Shown here one piece after another: positions 50,618-62,236 of a stretch of 64,000 nucleotides of DNA (position 1 is the first letter of the stretch; each line of letters begins with the position of its first letter). The translations under genes were made by a program, and so were the position numbers. The DNA lies in the IMG/VR virus record IMGVR_UViG_3300045988_161200; one strand, 5' to 3'. Origin of the DNA: a virus. Under the pieces are notes generated by a model. The model saw only the letters and a program-made list of their open reading frames with translations, had not been told where the DNA came from and made no database searches.

Positions 50618-51964
50618 TCAACTCATACTGATTTCTGTCTTATCATCTCTAATACGATGTGTCCATACAGGAAATCTTAACCCATAACCTCCGTTATCAT
50701 TTTTGCTGATTTCAAAATACTGAATAGTAGCTATCTTGCCGATTATTTTAGCGGGATTATCCCAAAAATCGACACGTTCCTCCTCTGAGAAACCACTGCC
50801 ACATTCACACTGATAGTGCTTGCTGTTGTAAATAAACTCCACTATGATACCACCAAGCTTATTTACATTTTTACCCGTACCCTCATAAACATCAATGATT
50901 TTTAAATCAGCATCCTGCATAACCTTGACTTTGAGCAGATTATTCGTTCTCTTAAATTCATACATACCATCGTCAAGGTTAATCATTACGCCTTCCTTAT
51001 GATTTTCTCTTGCTTTATTAAGAAATTCCATAATCATAGATTTATCCGCACCGTGATACAAAACTGGAAGTATATTTATATGTGTTATATATGGGAGTGC
51101 AGTTGTAACTAATCTATTCATTTCTTTTATACATTCATCAATGTAATCTAATACATATCTACGGGCACGATATTCTGCTTTACACTTCTGTTTTACAAAT
51201 TCATCATAAGTTAATATATCAAATATGTTATACTTTAAACCACGTTTTTCACCTTTAGTTCTTGCTGTCTTTGTAACTCTCTTATAGTTTTCATCAGATG
51301 AAATGTTTTCGCATTCCATATCTACAAGTTCACCGTCAAAGAAAGCATCTGAAATTCTACAAGTTGTGAAAAGTCGTTTCATATCTTCTTCAATCTCAAC
51401 AAGCCCCTCTATAAGTTGTCCCTGTCGAGAATAAAACTTAATTTCGCCATTATGTATTACAGTAGCTAATCTGAAGCCATCAAGTTTTTCGGTGAGTGTG
51501 AACCGACCCGTAACCTTTTCAGGCTTTTCAAAATATTTGTTAGCTAATTGAATTTCAAATGACGGTACGAAACCATTACCATATACACTATTTACTATCT
51601 TAGCATCTATACCAAGCTTCAGAGACTTCGTCACAAGCTGTTTATAATATTCCTTATATTCTTCAGGCTGTAGACTGATAAAACCTTGCACAATAGCTAT
51701 GTCTGTATCTCTGCCAGTGTTATTGGTCTCAAGATACATCATCATATCTCGCCAAGTCTGAATTGGAGTTGTATCATACTTAACTGGTTTATTAAGCTTT
51801 TTGGTGCTGATTCCTGTTATCACAAACGGATTTAAGAGCCATTTTAATGTATCGGTAAACAAAATGTTTCTTTCATTAGCTTTCAGAATTTCAATCTTTT
51901 CAGTTTTTTTGCTTGTTGACTGGAGCTGATTGAATATTTTGAATACGTTAGTCATCTCATTCAT
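50618..51964 (-). CDS. ATP-dependent DNA ligase
   Basis: Motif I TEKLDGFRLA, FDGELV, EGVMINL, LLKVK. Confidence 0.8.
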   Translation of the reverse strand: MNEMTNVFKIFNQLQSTSKKTEKIEILKANERNILFTDTLKWLLNPFVITGISTKKLNKPVKYDTTPIQTWRDMMMYLETNNTGRDTDIAIVQGFISLQPEEYKEYYKQLVTKSLKLGIDAKIVNSVYGNGFVPSFEIQLANKYFEKPEKVTGRFTLTEKLDGFRLATVIHNGEIKFYSRQGQLIEGLVEIEEDMKRLFTTCRISDAFFDGELVDMECENISSDENYKRVTKTARTKGEKRGLKYNIFDILTYDEFVKQKCKAEYRARRYVLDYIDECIKEMNRLVTTALPYITHINILPVLYHGADKSMIMEFLNKARENHKEGVMINLDDGMYEFKRTNNLLKVKVMQDADLKIIDVYEGTGKNVNKLGGIIVEFIYNSKHYQCECGSGFSEEERVDFWDNPAKIIGKIATIQYFEISKNDNGGYGLRFPVWTHRIRDDKTEISMS

Positions 51965-52595
51965 TTGTAGAATCTCCTTTCAGTTCTTCATCGTAAACAT
52001 CAAAATCAAAAATAAGATGCTTTCTACTTGCAATATAATCACACAGATGAACACATTTCTGAATGTCTGTTTCGGGAATAGGAAGTATATCATCTGAATA
52101 TTTTGATGTATTCCACTTACCCATATGAGAAGCCACTGCGTCAGAAATTGTCAATACTCTTGTACCAAAATAAAGGTCTAAGGCATTAGTCATACAGTTC
52201 ATATTATTCTTATTAACATATTCTGCGTATTTTTCTAAAATAAAGTATTTCATAAGTATAGGATGATTGAAAGCTGTATGATCTTCCCACATACCACACT
52301 TTAACCCATCATGAAGAATGAGTGCCGATGTTACAACATCTTTATCGGCATCATTGAAATTATAAAAATCTGCCCTAAATAAATCCTGTGCCATTGCAAC
52401 AGCAGCTTTAGTGTGTCTGATAAGTCCTCCTTCCCCTATTGTATATGACGGATGATACTTACCACTCGTACTTGCACCAATATGTCTAAAATAATCTGGA
52501 AGGTCATCAAGAACAAAAGCTGTGAAATCTTTAATTTTACTATCCTTGATAAAACTTAATTCTCTTGTAAAATTTTCTGAATTTGTCATATTCAT
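51957..52595 (-). CDS. HD-domain phosphohydrolase
   Basis: GLIRHTKAAV ... ALILHDGLK (H...HD pattern). Confidence 0.6.
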   Translation of the reverse strand: MNMTNSENFTRELSFIKDSKIKDFTAFVLDDLPDYFRHIGASTSGKYHPSYTIGEGGLIRHTKAAVAMAQDLFRADFYNFNDADKDVVTSALILHDGLKCGMWEDHTAFNHPILMKYFILEKYAEYVNKNNMNCMTNALDLYFGTRVLTISDAVASHMGKWNTSKYSDDILPIPETDIQKCVHLCDYIASRKHLIFDFDVYDEELKGDSTNE

Positions 52596-54868
52596 TCTCC
52601 TTCAATTAATAAATTATATAACCAAGTTTGACGTGTAAAATTTTCTTTTTTCTTAATTGCTCTACCGAATGTGTTTAAATCACTAAGCAAATAACATCTT
52701 TCTTTTGCTCTTGTAATTGCTACATATAGTAAATTTGAATTAAGCATAAATGTATGTGAATTTGGTGCAAAAACAATAACAATTCTTGCTTGACCACCTT
52801 GACTCTTATGAATCGAAATTGCATAAGCCAATTTAATGTTAGAAAACTTATCTTTTGGAATATAAATTTTATAATCATCAAAATCAACTATAATACCATT
52901 ATAAGTAATGTCTGAAATAATTCCTATATCTCCATTTGGAATAAGTGTTGTTATATCTTCTTCAGTATTATAATAGTCAGCGTGATTTTCTTGATATATA
53001 AATGACTGATAATCATTTTTACATTGAATAATAGGATCACCTACTCTATATTCAACATCTCCAAAAGAAGTTTTCTTTGTAACGTTAGTATTTATCACTG
53101 ATTGGATTTGATTGTTTATTTTTTCTGTACCATAATCACCTTTGTTTTGAGCTACTACAATTAGAATATCCTTTAAGGGAATATTGTTATCTAAGAGTTT
53201 TTTATACATTTTTATAATGTAATCGACTGCTCGTTCAGGTGCAATAGGAATATAAGTACAACCTTTATCTTCTCCAACCGTCTGAGTACCTGTTACATTC
53301 TGAAAAGTTAATTTACTTTCTCTTATATCCGTGGCTACTGTACTCAAACCACCCTTTCCATAACGAAATACTTTTGAAAGCCATACCGTTGGGACAATAT
53401 TACTATTTAAAATATCGTGTAATACATTTCCACAAGATACTGATGGTATTTGAGCATTATCTCCTATGATTAAAAGCTTTGTCCTGTTGAAATCAATAGA
53501 TTCAAGTAAATGCTTAAATAAAAACACATCTACCATAGAAGTTTCATCAAGAATAACAATATCTTGAGGCAACTTATTCTTTTCATTATAACACCATTCA
53601 TTAGGTGGCATAAATCCTAATCCTCTATGAATAGTGCTTGCCATATGATTGGTATATTTCTGCAATACCTTTGCAGCTCTACCAGTTGGAGCAAGCAAAA
53701 TTGCAGTCAAATTATTATCATAAAGCATATTCATCAATGCTAATACTGAAAAACTTTTACCACTGCCTGCAAATCCTTGTAAGACAGTTATAGTATTTTC
53801 ACATACAAATTTCATAGTTTGCATTTGTTCGTTTGTGAGTGACGAATTGTTTATAACACGATATTTCTCTATATCTACATTCCACTTGTGATTAACCATT
53901 AAAGCATTTTTAAGTGTATCAGCAATATATTTTTCTGTTTCAAATGTATTTGTTTTAGAGATTCTACCCTGTTTCTTATCAAATATTATAGTATCAGATG
54001 AATTGATTGCATCTGCAAGTTTATCCTTTGCTTCAAGGGCATAAGTCAAACATTCTTTTTGAAACTGTTTGATACTCATATAAGTATTTCCGTTATTTTC
54101 ATTTTCATCAAGAACATAAGAGCAACAAGCTTTCATTCTTTCGGCAGATGTTAGAAGATCAAATTTAAAATCTATAATTGGCTTCTCTCCATTTTTTACA
54201 CGTTCTTTAGACAATTCATCTATTCGGAGCAAGAGTGTATCTGCTGTTTTAAACCCTATACCTCCTAATTTACATAAACACTCGTAAGGTTTAGTATAAA
54301 GATTTTCTTTGATTTTTTCAATAGATGGATAGGTGTCATATAATTTTTTTATGATAGAAAAACTAAATACTCCTGAAAATTCATCTACTAATTCTGCAAG
54401 TTTAAAATTTTCAATTACCTTTTTCTTTATCTTGGCAAAGGTAACTTCTTTTATGCCTTTAGTTTTATTCAAATCAATATCATTAAGACGATTATTCATT
54501 ATTCTGTCTATAATATCGGGATATACAGCAAGCAGTGTGCTTGCTTGCTGATAAGTTAATATCTCCTGCAAAAAAGCCCTGCTGTTTTCAAGAGTTACTG
54601 GCTTTTCGCTTCTGATATTTATAACTTTATATCCTATACCATATTTATCTTTTTCTTCATCTGCTTTTATGATATATTCACAGTCAAGATTAAGTTCTTG
54701 TATATCTCCTTTTATTGTAACTGTTCCATATTTAGAGACTGCAATATTAGGGTATTTAAAACTGTCTATAGTACAACCATAGATTTTAAAATTTTCAGAA
54801 TTATAAAGACATCTTATTGGGATTGCTTTAAATTCTTTTATTTTAGTTAATTTTTCAGGACTTCCCAA
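52592..54868 (-). CDS. RecD-like SF1 DNA helicase
   Basis: Walker A GFAGSGKS, Walker B VILDETSMVD, C-terminal AISIHKSQGGQ and LYVAITRAKE. TTG start after GGTGA. Confidence 0.8.
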   Translation of the reverse strand: MGSPEKLTKIKEFKAIPIRCLYNSENFKIYGCTIDSFKYPNIAVSKYGTVTIKGDIQELNLDCEYIIKADEEKDKYGIGYKVINIRSEKPVTLENSRAFLQEILTYQQASTLLAVYPDIIDRIMNNRLNDIDLNKTKGIKEVTFAKIKKKVIENFKLAELVDEFSGVFSFSIIKKLYDTYPSIEKIKENLYTKPYECLCKLGGIGFKTADTLLLRIDELSKERVKNGEKPIIDFKFDLLTSAERMKACCSYVLDENENNGNTYMSIKQFQKECLTYALEAKDKLADAINSSDTIIFDKKQGRISKTNTFETEKYIADTLKNALMVNHKWNVDIEKYRVINNSSLTNEQMQTMKFVCENTITVLQGFAGSGKSFSVLALMNMLYDNNLTAILLAPTGRAAKVLQKYTNHMASTIHRGLGFMPPNEWCYNEKNKLPQDIVILDETSMVDVFLFKHLLESIDFNRTKLLIIGDNAQIPSVSCGNVLHDILNSNIVPTVWLSKVFRYGKGGLSTVATDIRESKLTFQNVTGTQTVGEDKGCTYIPIAPERAVDYIIKMYKKLLDNNIPLKDILIVVAQNKGDYGTEKINNQIQSVINTNVTKKTSFGDVEYRVGDPIIQCKNDYQSFIYQENHADYYNTEEDITTLIPNGDIGIISDITYNGIIVDFDDYKIYIPKDKFSNIKLAYAISIHKSQGGQARIVIVFAPNSHTFMLNSNLLYVAITRAKERCYLLSDLNTFGRAIKKKENFTRQTWLYNLLIEGE

Positions 54869-57800
54869 TGTATCATCACCTTTTCTTTTTCATTTGTTTT
54901 TACCCATTTGCCATCAATTAATTTGCTTTTATATTTATTATCAAACCAAATATTAAGAATGCTGTTTTCTCTAAATGGTATTGAAGCATATTCATTTGCA
55001 GATATTACCTTTGATTTCATAGTTATGCCTGTTTTTAGATGATAAAGCATAACATAAGGCTTGCATTTGTCCTTATAGACTTTCATTTCAAGAACATAAT
55101 ACAAACTCTCTGGAGCTTTGGGATTGGCATAATCTATGTATCCAAGTATTTCCTTTTGATATTGAATAGTTTTTATGAGAGAATTTTTTATGTTAGACAA
55201 AGAATCCCAATACTCATATAATGCTGTATCATAATCAAATTCTCTATATTGCTTTTCAGTTTCCTTAGAATGATTTTTTATTATTTCAGCTATTTCAAAA
55301 GAGACAGAATTTTTACTAAACTGCGTTCTTTCATATAAACTGTCAGTCATTTCAATAAACCTGAGTATTCTTTCATTGTTGCCAAAATCAGAGAAATAAT
55401 TGATTTTTGCCAAGATTTCAATATGACCTTTATTTATAACAGATGATTTTTTTAATGCTTTCCATATATCATAGAAATTATCAAATTTCATCTGACCTAT
55501 TGTATATAGTTCATCTGCTACCTTTTGGCTCAATCCTTTAATTGATAACAATGAGGGATAGATACAATGATTGTTCTGATCTGCTTTAAATCGTCTATTA
55601 TCCTCTCCAAACTTATATTTCCCCTCTTCAATCTTAAAGCCTTCACGCATTTCTTGTTTCAGCAACATTACTTTATCTTTGTTTCCTTTATCAGAATAAT
55701 GCTGCAAAAGAACTTCGTAAAACTCATAGGGATAATGAGCTTTAAGATAAGCACAGTAAAGAGAATCCAATGCCATACAATAAGCATGAGCTGAATTAAA
55801 TCCATATCCACAAGAATCTGAAATGATTTGCCATACTTTATTGCTCATCTCTATAGCAGTGTTTTCATCAACCTTATCATCTGCAATAATTCTTGCCTTA
55901 AATCCATCTATAAACCTGCTTTTTAAAGGTTTAACCTTTTCAGGATGCTTTTTTGCGATAGCTTTGATAATTCCATAACATTCATCAAGAGGAAATCCTG
56001 CATAGTTTAATGTATTCATTGTCTGTTCCTGATAAAGAATAAACGATTGTGGAAATTCAGGTGTCTGCAAAATATTATCAAATGCCTTAATCCCATATTC
56101 AAAATGCTCTCTTGTTTCAAATTTTGAATACATTGATTTAAAAGCTGGACGTATCGCTGCAATAAAAGCTGCTAACTCAGATATATTCTGAGGCTTGAAT
56201 TTCATTGCTTTTTTAGTAGTAGATTGTTTTTCACACTGATTTATTCCAATCGTCAAGCCCGATGAATAAATATTCCATACCTTTTCATCATTTTTTACAA
56301 GCTCGGTAAGTTCATTTACAGTATGATGTTTAATGCCTATTCTTTTGTAAAGATTATTTATTAACAAAACCACATCTACTTTAAGCAGGTCATTTTTGAG
56401 AAATTTATATTTTTCAGCTATTGCACCATCAATTACAGTAGTTATGTATTCTTTCTTTGTAGTATCACTTTTACACTTTATAAGTCCTACTTCAGAACGA
56501 ATATCTCCTTGATATAATAAATATGCGCAAGGTGCTTTCTTTTTATCTGAAATAATTCCCCAATATTTTTTGCTTTGGTCAAGATAATTATGATAATTTT
56601 TATCTACATAATCATAAATATCAATCATATCCTTATCTTCATCGTCAGCATTTTTGTATGCTTCCTCATAATCTCCAATTTGCTTGGAAATGTTATTTGC
56701 TAATTCAGCTTCCATATTCATTGCTCTTGAATACATCTTAAAAGCAGCTTTCTTTTTCAAAGTTCCAAAAGCAATCATAGGGTATGCGTGACCTTTACCG
56801 AGAATTTCTTCTTGCGCTTCCGCAAATATTTCAGGATTGCCACAGTTCAGATCAAGATCGGGAAGTGATCTCGTTTCAAGAATACGGCTTTCAGAAATAA
56901 ATCTTTCAGGATAAAGTTTTATAGGAGACATAAATCTATCTACTTTACTGAATCCACAAAGAGTATTTGTAAAATAGCCAACTCCAGAACCTCTTCCTGT
57001 ATCTGTAATAAGTCCACCCTTTTCAATAGCTCTTTTTACTATCTGATAATCTATCAAAGGATAGTCCACCATTTTTGTTTTTTTATAAACATCAACTTCT
57101 TGCTGAACGCTTGTGATATACTTTTTCTTTTCTTCAACCGAAAAATCTTTTATATATTCTTTAAGTTTTGAAGCAATAAGTTTTGTATAAAGTTTGTTGC
57201 GTTCTTCTTGTGTTTTATCTGGATATATTGTAGGTAGCTTTATATCATCAGTTAAAATTATATCATCAAAAGTTAGACAAATATCAGTATTATCCATAGC
57301 AGTTTGAATTTCTTCTTTGGTAAAAACACCTTGTTCAAGAAATCTCTGCATTATTGTATTGTCATCAGGATAATCCATATACCAGCCTTCTTCATCTTCA
57401 TAAAAGACTTTATTGGCTTCAAGTAGATTTTGTCTATCTTCTGATTGTTCAGGATAAATATAATGGCTATCAAGTCCCACAATTATTTGAATATCATTAT
57501 CATAAGCAATTTTCTTTATCTTTTTATTTAAGGCAATTTGTTGTGGTGTATTATGATACTGAATTTCAAGCATTAAATTACTCTGAAAGTGTTCTTTTAA
57601 TTGTAATACAATTTCTTCAATGTCATCATACTTCCAAAAGGCTATACAAGCTGTTGTAACAAATACATCATTAGATGGTAAAGACAAGAGCAAGTCTAAA
57701 TCAAGGCGAGGTCTAAAATAATATCCTGTTTCATTGGCTTCAGATAGGATTTCGTTAATTGCTCTTCTACCGTTTTCGTTTTTGGCAAGAATAATTATAT

Positions 57801-58047
57801 GACAATTTGTCTTATCTTTTTCAGTCCGATCTTTTACCCAATACGCTTCTGCACCAAATATAAACTTTAAATTGTATTTTTTTGCGAGTTCAAATGTCTG
57901 ATAATAATATCCCTGCCAACCGTGTTCAACACTTGATATTATTTTATGACCTACTTCTACTGCTCTTTTTGCATAATCTTCATTCATTACTGCACTATCT
58001 GCAATATAGATATTACTGTAAGAAGAATGTCTATGATAGTTTTGCAT
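54847..58047 (-). CDS. dnaE: DNA polymerase III alpha subunit (DnaE-like, N-terminal PHP domain)
   Basis: PHP motif HRHSSYSN...SSVEHGW. Fingers motif GYGFNSAHAYCMALDSLYCAYLKAHYP. Confidence 0.85.
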   Translation of the reverse strand: MQNYHRHSSYSNIYIADSAVMNEDYAKRAVEVGHKIISSVEHGWQGYYYQTFELAKKYNLKFIFGAEAYWVKDRTEKDKTNCHIIILAKNENGRRAINEILSEANETGYYFRPRLDLDLLLSLPSNDVFVTTACIAFWKYDDIEEIVLQLKEHFQSNLMLEIQYHNTPQQIALNKKIKKIAYDNDIQIIVGLDSHYIYPEQSEDRQNLLEANKVFYEDEEGWYMDYPDDNTIMQRFLEQGVFTKEEIQTAMDNTDICLTFDDIILTDDIKLPTIYPDKTQEERNKLYTKLIASKLKEYIKDFSVEEKKKYITSVQQEVDVYKKTKMVDYPLIDYQIVKRAIEKGGLITDTGRGSGVGYFTNTLCGFSKVDRFMSPIKLYPERFISESRILETRSLPDLDLNCGNPEIFAEAQEEILGKGHAYPMIAFGTLKKKAAFKMYSRAMNMEAELANNISKQIGDYEEAYKNADDEDKDMIDIYDYVDKNYHNYLDQSKKYWGIISDKKKAPCAYLLYQGDIRSEVGLIKCKSDTTKKEYITTVIDGAIAEKYKFLKNDLLKVDVVLLINNLYKRIGIKHHTVNELTELVKNDEKVWNIYSSGLTIGINQCEKQSTTKKAMKFKPQNISELAAFIAAIRPAFKSMYSKFETREHFEYGIKAFDNILQTPEFPQSFILYQEQTMNTLNYAGFPLDECYGIIKAIAKKHPEKVKPLKSRFIDGFKARIIADDKVDENTAIEMSNKVWQIISDSCGYGFNSAHAYCMALDSLYCAYLKAHYPYEFYEVLLQHYSDKGNKDKVMLLKQEMREGFKIEEGKYKFGEDNRRFKADQNNHCIYPSLLSIKGLSQKVADELYTIGQMKFDNFYDIWKALKKSSVINKGHIEILAKINYFSDFGNNERILRFIEMTDSLYERTQFSKNSVSFEIAEIIKNHSKETEKQYREFDYDTALYEYWDSLSNIKNSLIKTIQYQKEILGYIDYANPKAPESLYYVLEMKVYKDKCKPYVMLYHLKTGITMKSKVISANEYASIPFRENSILNIWFDNKYKSKLIDGKWVKTNEKEKVMIHWEVLKN

Positions 58048-59202
58048 TTATTCACCGCCTAAATCTTTTAACAACTCGGATATTTCATCATCTTCATTAT
58101 GGCTTTCGGTATTAAACATTTCCTTTGATTCAAGATACTCATTAAAAGGTTTATGCACTTCCCTTGAATATCCTGAAAGCACTGCTAAATAATATTCATT
58201 TTTTTCATTTACTTCACTCCAAAAAGTGTGGTCATCTTGTGTATCTTCATACTCCACAGTTTTCTCTCTAATTTCATTTATAGTCTTAATTATATCTGCT
58301 TTAAGAGAATCAATATTCTCCTGTCCTAAAGGAAGATATACATAACAATCACTAATGATTATCTTTTCTTTTATGTCATCAGGAAGATTATCAATAGAAT
58401 TACAAAGGACAATATCATCAATATAATCATCAGGATTATATCCTAACTTCTTTAACCACATTTTAGCAATACTGGAAAGTTTACTGCCAATTTGATTTCT
58501 TTCAATTTGACGTTCTTTCCAAGTTCCGTTTGCTTGTAAATACTTAACATTTACATATTTTAAGAATAAATATCTGATTGAAATATGGTCAAGAGGAATA
58601 TTAATTTTCTGCCTTATTCCCTCTGCATATAAATATAACTGTCCACTTTCCTTTTCAAGTTTCTCTCCTTTATAAATTGTAGATGTCTTGTAGTCAGTAA
58701 TTATTATTCTTTTTTCACCATTTTCATCTTTATAAACTCCACAATTATCTATATATCCCTGAAATATAATATCATCAGTAATTTTGATTGTACAAAACAT
58801 TTCAAGAAGCATATTCAAGTTTGTTGGTTTTGTATGATTTCTAAAGAAATGCCTTATACAGTTCTCATACTTATCAGCAATAACAGAATTTTTATCTTCA
58901 TCATTTCTATCATATTTATATTCAGCAATATTCATAGTCATAAGACTGTCTTCGTATTCTTCTATCATTTGATTCTGGCAAATAGAACCATTATAATACT
59001 TTTCAATAATATCGTGGCAATATCCACCACTTACAGCGTAAATAGAGTCTCGTCTATCTTCTTTTACATTCTTTATGTATTTAAGAAAATAAGAATAATG
59101 GTCAATCTTATATAAGTTATATCTTGACCAAGACCACATAAATGGAACTTTATATTTCTTGCATATTGAATTTAACTCTGCTTTTGTTTTTCTTTCAGCC
59201 AT
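58048..59202 (-). CDS. PD-(D/E)XK nuclease (RecB/Cas4-like exonuclease)
   Basis: GYIDNCGV...IIITDYKTS...ESGQLYLYA (D...D-x-K plus QxxxY). Confidence 0.65.
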   Translation of the reverse strand: MAERKTKAELNSICKKYKVPFMWSWSRYNLYKIDHYSYFLKYIKNVKEDRRDSIYAVSGGYCHDIIEKYYNGSICQNQMIEEYEDSLMTMNIAEYKYDRNDEDKNSVIADKYENCIRHFFRNHTKPTNLNMLLEMFCTIKITDDIIFQGYIDNCGVYKDENGEKRIIITDYKTSTIYKGEKLEKESGQLYLYAEGIRQKINIPLDHISIRYLFLKYVNVKYLQANGTWKERQIERNQIGSKLSSIAKMWLKKLGYNPDDYIDDIVLCNSIDNLPDDIKEKIIISDCYVYLPLGQENIDSLKADIIKTINEIREKTVEYEDTQDDHTFWSEVNEKNEYYLAVLSGYSREVHKPFNEYLESKEMFNTESHNEDDEISELLKDLGGE

Positions 59203-60242
59203 TTCAGCAACTCCTTATGTTCTGTTTCATCATATTTAATTTTATATTTCAGCATAAATTCATATTGTTTATTAGGACGATCAGCAGGACTTTCTTTTTT
59301 ATCTAAAATTCCCCACCTATCATAGATATAATAAACGTTCCTTATGCCATAGAATTTTTCACATTCTTTTCGGACTTCATTTTGGCTAACATCTTTATCA
59401 AAAGCAATTATAATATCAACATTTAGTCCAACAAGAATTTTGACTTGTTCATCAGATAATGTATGCGAGCCTATTGATACGCCTGTACCATCTTTTCGGC
59501 TATATCGTTTTAAAGTTGATTTTTCGCTCTCAAATACTACTACATATCTTTTTTCTTGAATTGTTTGATAATTTTCATAAAGCCCATAAATGTTCATTCC
59601 TTTTGAAAAAGGCTTTATTCCAAAATACTTTGGTATGTCCAGATCGTCATAATTTGGAACTGTTGTCCTGCCAACTATTCCAACATATTGATTCTCACTT
59701 CCACACCAATAATGCCACGGAATAATAATTCGCTTTTTATCATATGAATATCCAATATTGAATCTCTTACAAGCAAAAGGCATTATACCTTCTCTTACCC
59801 AAGTTATATATGGTAGATTGGTATATTCCTTTAAAATGCTATCATCGAAAATTTCAATATCCTTATTTACAACACAATAAGTTCTTTTTACTTTCTTAAA
59901 GACATCAAGAACGTCTATAGTTTTCTGCTTCTGTTTTTCTTTTTTATAACTATAATCTAAATTAAGATATTCGTGAATCGTTCTATTTGCTTTACCAAAT
60001 GAAATATTATTTAACTTCATTATAAGAACAAATATATCTCCGACAAAACTTAAATCAGATGAATTAACTGCCGTAAATAGATTGTCTTTTTTTACTGTTA
60101 CCGCAGTTGGATTTGTCTTATCGGGCAAAGCTGCACGATATTCAGAATGATATTCTTTAATATCGTGACAGCCTACCTTTTCTAAGACAAGCGAAATTTT
60201 GTTATTTTTTATTATATATTCCTTTAATTCGTTTGCATTCAC
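59172..60242 (-). CDS. DNA primase (Toprim type)
   Basis: Toprim-like VVVFESEKSTL and IIAFDKD. Lies between the helicase and the nuclease. GTG start after GGAGTGA. Confidence 0.6.
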   Translation of the reverse strand: MNANELKEYIIKNNKISLVLEKVGCHDIKEYHSEYRAALPDKTNPTAVTVKKDNLFTAVNSSDLSFVGDIFVLIMKLNNISFGKANRTIHEYLNLDYSYKKEKQKQKTIDVLDVFKKVKRTYCVVNKDIEIFDDSILKEYTNLPYITWVREGIMPFACKRFNIGYSYDKKRIIIPWHYWCGSENQYVGIVGRTTVPNYDDLDIPKYFGIKPFSKGMNIYGLYENYQTIQEKRYVVVFESEKSTLKRYSRKDGTGVSIGSHTLSDEQVKILVGLNVDIIIAFDKDVSQNEVRKECEKFYGIRNVYYIYDRWGILDKKESPADRPNKQYEFMLKYKIKYDETEHKELLKWLKEKQKQS

Positions 60243-60257
60243 AAAATTTCACTCCTA

Positions 60258-61766
60258 TTAGAAATCTTGTGTTACATAAGTAATACCAATTTCCTTCATA
60301 ATATTTCTTGACATATCGTGTTCAACAACAATCTGGAACTGATTTGCTGAACCTTCACGATTTTTTACAATAAAGATTATCTGATAATGTTTATCTGGAT
60401 TAAGTTGAACTGGTATTTTACTTTTACCATTCTTACCTTCAAGACGGAAAACCTTTAGTGGATTCTTACCTCCCGATTTTTCATCATCAAACAAATCTCT
60501 TATCATTATATTGGTGCTTGCAACATCGGTTATATTCTTTGCTATACCTGTATTATCTTGTGTATAATATCTTTGCTTTGCTGAACCTTTCGCAAGCTGA
60601 AATGTAATTAAAATATGTACATCTTTATTAGCTTCTTTAATGGTATCTTGAATATCTACCATTGCCTGAGACATCGCCATTGCATTAGCCGAGCTTTCAA
60701 AGACTTTACTTCCTGCATCAGCCTTAAAAGTATCAAGCATAAAATACTTAACACCCATTCCAGCATATTTTTTTATTATTTTAATTGCTGAATCGGTCTT
60801 ATATCTTTGGAAAGGAATAATTGTAATAGTATGATTTTGAGAAATTTCCTTTATCCATCCAGTGCATTTTTTTAGCAAAGTCCATATATCATCTGAATAT
60901 TTACCATTACGAAGTACAAACTTCTGCAAATCTTCTTTAAAAATATTATTTGCACACCAGACAATCATTTCTCTTTGCCATTTGCTAAGACCATCCTCGT
61001 TTACCATTATTACAATCTTTTCGTTATTTTCAATAATACTTGGTAAAGTAGAACTTCTTGCAAAAGTGGACTTACCTACATTTGAAAGACCACCTACAAG
61101 AGTTATATTTCCATGTAGCTGACCTCCTGTTTCGGCTGTAAGCATTGGCATATTGTGATATGGCAAACCTACTGCCTGTCCTTCATTCAAATCGTCAAGT
61201 AATTCATCAATCTTATAATCAAGAGAATAACTATTGACATCCCCATTAATGTTTACAAATGTATGATTAAGAAAAGTTTCAAGTTCTGAATAAATTTCAT
61301 CTGCTGACATATCAGAATAATCAGACAATTTATCAGACACTGGAAAACCATATTTAATTAATCGCAATACAACATTCCACTTATTAAGGTCTTGAATGTA
61401 TCCATCAATATTGTTTACCTTAACATAACTTGTGGCATCAACAATTTTTTGCCAACCGCCATATTCGTCATATTTTTCTTTTAATTTATCGTGCTTTTCA
61501 AGATAAAACCCTACTGTTATTTCATCAAGCGATGGTTTCTTTTCTTTGACAACTATATCGTGTGCAATCTGATAATATACCTTCCACGCATTTTCAGAAA
61601 TATCTTCAAGTTTTACTTCATAATCAAACAGCAATTCGGGGTTTTTATAAAAAATTGAAACAATATTTGCTTCACACGACAATTTATATTCTTTAACCCT
61701 TTTGGCTGCTTTTAATTGTTCTTCTTGAAAAGGCGTAAGTTTAGTTTTTTCCTTACCACAGCTCAT
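60258..61766 (-). CDS. DnaB-like replicative DNA helicase
   Basis: Start taken at ATG 61766 (AAGGA RBS, overlaps the upstream stop). Walker A GGLSNVGKSTF, then a RecA-like core. Confidence 0.7.
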   Translation of the reverse strand: MSCGKEKTKLTPFQEEQLKAAKRVKEYKLSCEANIVSIFYKNPELLFDYEVKLEDISENAWKVYYQIAHDIVVKEKKPSLDEITVGFYLEKHDKLKEKYDEYGGWQKIVDATSYVKVNNIDGYIQDLNKWNVVLRLIKYGFPVSDKLSDYSDMSADEIYSELETFLNHTFVNINGDVNSYSLDYKIDELLDDLNEGQAVGLPYHNMPMLTAETGGQLHGNITLVGGLSNVGKSTFARSSTLPSIIENNEKIVIMVNEDGLSKWQREMIVWCANNIFKEDLQKFVLRNGKYSDDIWTLLKKCTGWIKEISQNHTITIIPFQRYKTDSAIKIIKKYAGMGVKYFMLDTFKADAGSKVFESSANAMAMSQAMVDIQDTIKEANKDVHILITFQLAKGSAKQRYYTQDNTGIAKNITDVASTNIMIRDLFDDEKSGGKNPLKVFRLEGKNGKSKIPVQLNPDKHYQIIFIVKNREGSANQFQIVVEHDMSRNIMKEIGITYVTQDF

Positions 61767-62205
61767 TAAACTTATCCTTTGCTTCTGTTGTTTCTGACTT
61801 ATATTCTGCTTTATCATTTGTATGGCTTTCAAAAGAAAGTTTGTTTATTTCCTGTGTAGCCTTTTCACGTTCTTTCATCTTGATAACAACATTATTTATT
61901 TCTTGCTCAATAAACATCATAATCAGATTTATTTTATGTCGTTCATCAGTGATCTTAGCAGAATTGTTGTAAAAATAATTCTTTATATTAGGACTACACA
62001 ATTTACTTGTTATAAGAATTTGCTCATATGTATAAGAAGCATTGGGGTTTTGACGTTTATTTGATATAAAATTTCCTTCTGCAAGTCCTTTAAATCTCAA
62101 TGCAAGAAACTTTGGAAATTTCATATCAGAAGAATAACCAAGTAATTCATATTTAGCATAATCACATAACATATGCCAATCATTTTTTTCTTTTTCAGTC
62201 ATCAA
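61753..62205 (-). CDS. Hypothetical protein (helicase-loader position)
   Basis: 150-aa ORF immediately upstream of the helicase. No motif recognised. Confidence 0.5.
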   Translation of the reverse strand: MMTEKEKNDWHMLCDYAKYELLGYSSDMKFPKFLALRFKGLAEGNFISNKRQNPNASYTYEQILITSKLCSPNIKNYFYNNSAKITDERHKINLIMMFIEQEINNVVIKMKEREKATQEINKLSFESHTNDKAEYKSETTEAKDKFNELW

Positions 62206-62236
62206 TTCACCGCCTGTACCAAACCTGTACCAAATA

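Noticed and set aside
62213-62234. Direct duplication CCTGTACCAAA x2 upstream of gene 61753..62205.
   Set aside because: It is only two copies of an 11-mer in a short spacer next to the RBS. It is probably a slippage duplication, and nothing points to a function.
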